The notes under the pieces were generated by a model. That model was not told the origin of the DNA. It ran no database searches and saw only the letters and a list, made by a program, of their open reading frames with translations. A DNA stretch of 64,000 bases from an uncultured virus (IMG/VR IMGVR_UViG_2706794523_000001) (lineage: Duplodnaviria > Heunggongvirae > Uroviricota > Caudoviricetes > Schitoviridae), in IMG/VR virus record IMGVR_UViG_2706794523_000001, positions 1-64,000 of that record, one strand, 5' to 3'. The translations under genes and the position numbers were made by a program. This document shows positions 59,404 through 64,000 of this stretch, in pieces (position 1 is the stretch's first letter; each line of letters starts with the position of its first letter).

Positions 59404-59647
59404 GGCTCCTGCCGAGTTCAACCTCGACAAGATGTTCGTGGCTCACGAGCAGGACCAATACGAGACGGCTTGTCGTCTCGATCCTGAACCAATGGTCAAG
59501 GACCAGCTCAACTGGGCCGAAGTACGCTTCGTGATCAGGAGCTTGATCCTGGTCGGCTGCATCACCATCGGCACTGTCATGGGCGTCTGCGCCATCTATG
59601 AGCGCACCGCACATCATCAGGCCATCGTCTGCCAGGAGGGCTGCTAA
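59393..59647 (+). CDS. early membrane protein
   Basis: 84 aa with a TM segment. Confidence 0.65.
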   Translation: MPVKAPAEFNLDKMFVAHEQDQYETACRLDPEPMVKDQLNWAEVRFVIRSLILVGCITIGTVMGVCAIYERTAHHQAIVCQEGC

Positions 59648-59844
59648 TGCCCATCCTTAGCAAGAGCGAGCTCAAGGAGCTAATCGAGGCTCAATACACA
59701 CCAAGCGAGGCTGCGATTATCACATCGGAGATCCTCGCTCGCATCCAAAATGATCCCGCACTGGCACATGAGATCGGCACTCTACTGATCGAGTGCGCAA
59801 TGCGGGATGTCGCCGAAGCTTTGACCTCAACCCACAAGGACTGA
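59647..59844 (+). CDS. early hypothetical protein
   Basis: 65 aa, GGAGG RBS, TAATG overlap. Confidence 0.7.
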   Translation: MPILSKSELKELIEAQYTPSEAAIITSEILARIQNDPALAHEIGTLLIECAMRDVAEALTSTHKD

Positions 59845-59847
59845 ACC

Positions 59848-59979
59848 ATGAAGAAGATCATCATCCTCGCTGTTGCCCTGCTCTGTGCCGGTTGCGCCAG
59901 CGCCCGTTACAACGACCATTACGTCGGCGATTCCACTGGCTGCAGTGGCATTCCGTCCTGCTACAGCCCTGTCGAATAA
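59848..59979 (+). CDS. 43-aa early lipoprotein
   Basis: MKKIIILAVALLCAGC signal with lipobox; AAGGA RBS. Confidence 0.7.
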   Translation: MKKIIILAVALLCAGCASARYNDHYVGDSTGCSGIPSCYSPVE

Positions 59980-59982
59980 ACC

Positions 59983-60195
59983 ATGATGATCATCACAACC
60001 GATGCGCTCAATCGTGAGCACATCGCCGATCGCATGGTAGTTGGCGGTATCCCCGACACACCAGAAAACCTCGATAAAGCCCAGGAGTTCTGCGACTGGG
60101 CTAACACCTTCAGCTGCAGTGATCATGGGGGATCCTTCTACCAGATCGTCGAAAACGGCCATCGCCTCTCACGAGGCATGGAAGATCTCATCTAA
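59983..60195 (+). CDS. early hypothetical protein
   Basis: 70-aa ORF in the operon. Confidence 0.65.
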   Translation: MMIITTDALNREHIADRMVVGGIPDTPENLDKAQEFCDWANTFSCSDHGGSFYQIVENGHRLSRGMEDLI

Positions 60196-60220
60196 ATAAC
60201 TGCAATCGCTTGTTTTGGTT

Positions 60221-60233
60221 GGCGCTTCGCGCC
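60221..60233 (+). promoter_or_regulatory. vRNAP hairpin early promoter (second copy)
   Basis: Identical GGCGCTTCGCGCC upstream of the gp2-like gene. Confidence 0.8.
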
Positions 60234-60279
60234 TCCGAGACCGTCATCATCAACCATGAAACCTCTGGAGCTACCACTC

Positions 60280-60738
60280 ATGAGCATTCTCGATTACACC
60301 CGTCCGGCTGCGCCGGCACCGACCTCGCGTTCGCCTTTCGCTGGCCTGACCAGCGTCACCAACGATCGTCCCAAGGCCAAGCTGTGGCTGAACACCGGCT
60401 ACGTCATCGCCGGCTCGGACAAGTTCATCAACCTGCCTGTCGGCCTGCCGATCGACACCATGGAACCGGCACCGGTGGGCGGCCAGAACGAAGACTGGCT
60501 GAAGCAGCGCCAGGCGCAGAACGAGTTCCTCAAGAGCCTGCAGGCTGCCGGCGCCGACATGGCACCGGGCGAGGAACGCGACATCATCCGTCAGGATATG
60601 GGCAATGGCATCACGCTTGTCGTTCGCCTGCGCCGCGTGAACGAAGAGCGGGCTGTCCCGCTGGCCACCAACGAATATGCCGTGAACTTCACGTCCATGT
60701 TCGCCAAGCCGGCGACCATGCCGGAAGCTGCCGAATAA
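60280..60738 (+). CDS. N4 gp2/Drc-like ssDNA-binding activator of RNAP II
   Basis: KAKLWLNTGY, FINLPVGLPIDT, NEFL...APGEE...LRRV. Confidence 0.85.
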   Translation: MSILDYTRPAAPAPTSRSPFAGLTSVTNDRPKAKLWLNTGYVIAGSDKFINLPVGLPIDTMEPAPVGGQNEDWLKQRQAQNEFLKSLQAAGADMAPGEERDIIRQDMGNGITLVVRLRRVNEERAVPLATNEYAVNFTSMFAKPATMPEAAE

Positions 60739-60739
60739 G

Positions 60740-61254
60740 CGGCAACCAGTAACCCAACCCGTGGGTTGAACAGCATCTAAGCACCTGATCAATGCCGCGA
60801 TGAACGAGATGCGATGCTCATTTAACTGCTCGCACAGGAGTCGTCGGGGTACGATCAGCTGCCAACGCAGGAGACTGCAACCATGGACGATTAGATCAGC
60901 CTGCCCGGAGCCATAGGCTCTTGGCAGGTAGGCTACCCAGCTTTTCATGCCCCAATGTGGGTATTCATAGCGCCCTCATATCGACCGCTCATTCGGGCAC
61001 ATCTGGCGCACCGATTATCAACTAAATCATCTGATTGGCGTTCCAATCGACCGCGGCGACAATATCGATTCAGTTCGATCGCACCGCGCTAGAGCGTGTC
61101 TGCCATAATACCTCTCGCTGAATGCGGGTCCTGCCCATTGGACCTTAACTATGGCAGCCCCAGAGGCTCTAACCGTGCGAGTAAGCTGCAGCGTGAGTGC
61201 AGCACCTTGAGGAGGCGTTCCCGTGTGAAAGGGGGCGTCTCCTCCTTTTATTTT
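60740..61254 (+). ncRNA. candidate large structured ncRNA
   Basis: No credible ORF; at least 9 helices read by eye; ends in a strong terminator. Confidence 0.45.
61209..61254 (+). terminator. rho-independent terminator
   Basis: GAGGAGGCGTTCCC...GGGGGCGTCTCCTC followed by CTTTTATTTT. Confidence 0.8.
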
Positions 61255-61407
61255 CAAAAGGGATAGACAGGCATTATCTTTAAAAATAATGAGGAATATG
61301 CCTGTGGATAAGTCGGAGAATTTCGACTCGATTCCTACTTCCTGATTAACTTACTAAATGCTAATCCGACTTTTCTCCAAAAATCGGCGATAAGGAGCCT
61401 AAAATCC

Positions 61408-61701
61408 ATGGGTGCGAATTTCAAAACTCAATCCTTCGACGGCAAGCTGTCCAAGAAGGAACTCGAAACGGCCTTTGAGCGTGTCCAGGACCAGGATCGC
61501 TACGAGAATGGGCACAGCTATTCCGGCGGCTTCGGCATGGCCCGTGGTCTGCAGATCGCGGACAAAACCTTCCGCGACAGGGAGATCGCTGAAGAGTACC
61601 TCGATAGCAATTGCGAGAAGTGGGAAGAGGCGATCGCCGTCGTCTACACCGACAAGGATGGAGCCAAGAAGTGGCTCATCGGCGCAGTGTGCGCGAGCTG
61701 A
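61408..61701 (+). CDS. hypothetical phage protein
   Basis: 97 aa, TAAGGAG RBS, YENGHSYSG motif. Confidence 0.8.
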   Translation: MGANFKTQSFDGKLSKKELETAFERVQDQDRYENGHSYSGGFGMARGLQIADKTFRDREIAEEYLDSNCEKWEEAIAVVYTDKDGAKKWLIGAVCAS

Positions 61702-61703
61702 TC

Positions 61704-61907
61704 ATGGACACCTATTACGGCGTCTATCGCGTGCTGAAAAATGGCGAGCATCGCTACGTCAGTCGCACCTGCACGAGCAGCAAGAAGCTTGCTGAAGAGA
61801 TCGCCAGGGATTTCACCAATGGTGGGATCACCATGCCCGACGGCAGCACCAAGCGCATCGAGCCGCATCTCCACATCGCCAAGCCACTCCCGAAGGAGTT
61901 CCAATGA
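61704..61907 (+). CDS. hypothetical protein
   Basis: MDTYYGVY..., in the operon. Confidence 0.65.
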   Translation: MDTYYGVYRVLKNGEHRYVSRTCTSSKKLAEEIARDFTNGGITMPDGSTKRIEPHLHIAKPLPKEFQ

Positions 61908-62077
61908 ACAAGCGCGAGATCAAGAGGCGCATCGCGCTCATCGGCATGAAGCCCAACTACCGGGTCATCAACAACATGCCTGGTGGAGCGATCATCTGCT
62001 ACGTCGCCACCGCCAAGATTGGCCATGCCATCGTCCGTGCCCTGCGCGAGCTGGCCTACCAGGAGAACGCCAAATGA
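61904..62077 (+). CDS. small hypothetical protein (57 aa)
   Basis: MNKREIKRR..., AAGGAG RBS, ATGA overlaps. Confidence 0.65.
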   Translation: MNKREIKRRIALIGMKPNYRVINNMPGGAIICYVATAKIGHAIVRALRELAYQENAK

Positions 62078-62535
62078 ACAAGAGAGTCGGCTTTTTTGGG
62101 CAGCCAACCAGGGCATCCGCAATGCAAGGGATTGCAAACTGGGATCGCCGAGCAGGCAGTTTGCCACTGCTCTCCTCGTGTCTTTTGGGGATGAAAGATG
62201 GTCCTCAAACGTGGTCATCTACGCATTCTTGGCCCTCGGTCAGACACGCGATGATAACCCTCGGATTGGCGCGCGAGTTGGAGCCGCTCCGAGAAGGCGG
62301 TCATATCACCACTAGGACCCAAATTACGGACCTTGGTATTGAGGTTCGTGCTGCACTCGCCGCGCTCGGCAATGCTTACACGCCCGGCTCCGGCTCCGAA
62401 GTCCACCTCGTTCTCGGGGCGTCGGCACAGACCTTCAAGCCCTGCGAGAATCACCCTGAACGCTATTGCAACTGTGAGGGCTATTATCCGGCATGCCGTG
62501 AAGCCGCCCTCTCGACCACAGGAGAGAAATCATGA
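62074..62535 (+). CDS. hypothetical protein with a C-terminal Cys cluster
   Basis: MNKRVGFFG..., AGGAG RBS, ATGA overlaps. Confidence 0.6.
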   Translation: MNKRVGFFGQPTRASAMQGIANWDRRAGSLPLLSSCLLGMKDGPQTWSSTHSWPSVRHAMITLGLARELEPLREGGHITTRTQITDLGIEVRAALAALGNAYTPGSGSEVHLVLGASAQTFKPCENHPERYCNCEGYYPACREAALSTTGEKS

Positions 62536-63221
62536 GCGACACACTGGAAGCGGCGGCGAAAAGACTGGTCATCCAAGCGATGCAGTTGAAAGACTTTGGT
62601 CATGAAGGGACCGGCGGTGAGTTCTGGACGAATGCCAGTAAGACCGCACTTCTCGAAGAGTGCGCCGAAAACGCCGCCCGTGCTGTTCTCGACCTCGTCA
62701 CTCCCGGCAAGGCGCCGGCTGCGGCGGGGCCTTACGCGCACGAGTATGGCAAGACAAATGGCGACGGGACATTCAGTGTTGTCATCGAACGAGGCGAGCC
62801 CAAAAACCCTGTCCCTGACTGGCCGGTTAAGGCCCTCTATGCCTCTCCAGTCGATCACCCTGAAGTGGACGCGCCGGTCGCGTGGCAGAATATCGCTGCG
62901 CCATACAGTATTCTGACGCCCGAGCAATACGGCATGCGCCTGCCCTTGATGCAGGGTAAGTTTCGCCCGCTCTATGCCTCTCCCGCTCCTGTCACCGCGG
63001 TAGCGCCCCACTCAGATGACGCTGCTGTGGATCGGTTCGCTGCCGCCATGAAGGCCAAACTTTCCAAGAAACGGGCAGAGGGTCGCGGCGGATGGGATGG
63101 GCCTGATTGCAGCGCCCAAATCCTGTCTGACCTTATGCGCACGCACGTCGATAAGGGCGATCCCGTCGATGTCGGCAATCTCGCGATGATGCTTCAACAG
63201 CGCGGCGAAAGGATAATCTGA
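62532..63221 (+). CDS. mosaic phage protein with a C-terminal small helical (MazG-like?) domain
   Basis: AVDRFAAAMKAKL...GRGGW...KGDPVDVGNLAMML; LYASP repeated twice. Confidence 0.7.
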   Translation: MSDTLEAAAKRLVIQAMQLKDFGHEGTGGEFWTNASKTALLEECAENAARAVLDLVTPGKAPAAAGPYAHEYGKTNGDGTFSVVIERGEPKNPVPDWPVKALYASPVDHPEVDAPVAWQNIAAPYSILTPEQYGMRLPLMQGKFRPLYASPAPVTAVAPHSDDAAVDRFAAAMKAKLSKKRAEGRGGWDGPDCSAQILSDLMRTHVDKGDPVDVGNLAMMLQQRGERII

Positions 63222-63547
63222 TGGGCAGTTCGTTCACTTGCAAGCTCAATCCATGCTGTGGCGACCGGCGCAACTGCGAACCGCCACCACAATACAGCGA
63301 TCGCTACCGTGACGAACCTGTCGCTCTCTCGAAAGACACGTCACGTTTCAAGGCGCTTTCGTCGGTCGATGACGAGACCACTCCCGGAACACGTCGGGGC
63401 GGAGCGGGAGCGTCATCCGAAACGGCCCGGCTGGTTAGGGCCTCGCAATGGCTTCAAGACCGATGGGGCCAAAAGCACCCGAACACAGCGCATATCAGGC
63501 AGCTTGCCGAGTATGAGGCGTTCCTTTCCGCGATTCCCGCCCCGTGA
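63221..63547 (+). CDS. hypothetical protein
   Basis: 108 aa, TGATG overlap. Confidence 0.55.
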   Translation: MGSSFTCKLNPCCGDRRNCEPPPQYSDRYRDEPVALSKDTSRFKALSSVDDETTPGTRRGGAGASSETARLVRASQWLQDRWGQKHPNTAHIRQLAEYEAFLSAIPAP

Positions 63548-63565
63548 AGCCAAGGAACCATCAAA

Positions 63566-63823
63566 ATGAGTGAACCGATCACCATCGGTATCAAGACCAT
63601 GCAGATGAGCGACAACCGTGAGGAATACTTCGTCTTCGTCAATCGCGGCGGCCGCGAGATCACACCGCACAGTTATCGCAGCCCGTATCGCAACCGGGCC
63701 GAATACGAGGTGGCCTACTTTAAGCATGTGCTGCTCGGCCATCCCAAACCCGACCTCATGGATCCGAAATATGCTGATCCGGAGGACGAAGGCATCCCAG
63801 CCATCACAGGAGATTTCAAATGA
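63566..63823 (+). CDS. hypothetical protein
   Basis: 85 aa, AAGGA RBS. Confidence 0.7.
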   Translation: MSEPITIGIKTMQMSDNREEYFVFVNRGGREITPHSYRSPYRNRAEYEVAYFKHVLLGHPKPDLMDPKYADPEDEGIPAITGDFK

Positions 63824-64000
63824 GCTACCTCGCATATGCCGGCATCGGCTCTCGTGAAACGCCGGCTGTGACCCTGGAGGTCATGCACCACATCGGCGCG
63901 TATCTCTGCTCGCAGGGATGGACACTGCGCAGCGGTGCGGCTCCTGGCGCCGACACGGCCTTCGAGAAGGGCGTTGACGATCACATGGCCAACACCATGA
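63820..64000 (+). CDS. SLOG/DprA-like Rossmann protein (partial, runs off the window)
   Basis: YAGIGSRETP...GWTLRSGAAPGADTAFEKG. Confidence 0.8.
   Translation, partial: MSYLAYAGIGSRETPAVTLEVMHHIGAYLCSQGWTLRSGAAPGADTAFEKGVDDHMANTM

Noticed and set aside
1..64000. Canonical tRNA genes, CRISPR arrays, integrase, introns or inteins
   Set aside because: None recognised by eye; polymerase, terminase, helicase and vRNAP have normal lengths. A tRNAscan or Rfam run is needed to exclude them firmly

Overview
The window is most of the genome of an N4-like phage (Schitoviridae). The call rests on a 3496-aa virion RNA polymerase, the N4-type replication block (helicase, family-A polymerase, PD-(D/E)XK nuclease, primase, Sak4-like ATPase, SSB, RuvC-like resolvase), the minus-strand structural, lysis and packaging block, an N4 gp2-like protein and two GCGAAGC-hairpin vRNAP promoters. 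High GC and the style of several proteins suggest an alphaproteobacterial host, possibly Rhizobiaceae (inference). The sequence looks circularly permuted: the physical end probably lies near 58.2-58.7 kb, early genes follow, and the RNAP II subunit genes are not in the window. Three single Ns, each between exact 72-75 bp duplications, look like scaffolding artefacts and break two genes. The best leads are: (1) a 7.3-9.0 kb locus with a structured sRNA candidate, clustered DnaA boxes, an HTH gene and an H-NS-family protein carrying an FtsZ-tail-like peptide (EIPAFLKK) on a disordered arm; (2) a probable ~390-aa multi-domain anti-defence 'sponge' fusion hidden by the artefacts; (3) a ~500-nt densely structured non-coding segment in the early region, plus smaller structured RNA candidates; (4) an inverted SGNH-esterase cassette. 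Family assignments come from motif recognition and memory; no database search was run.
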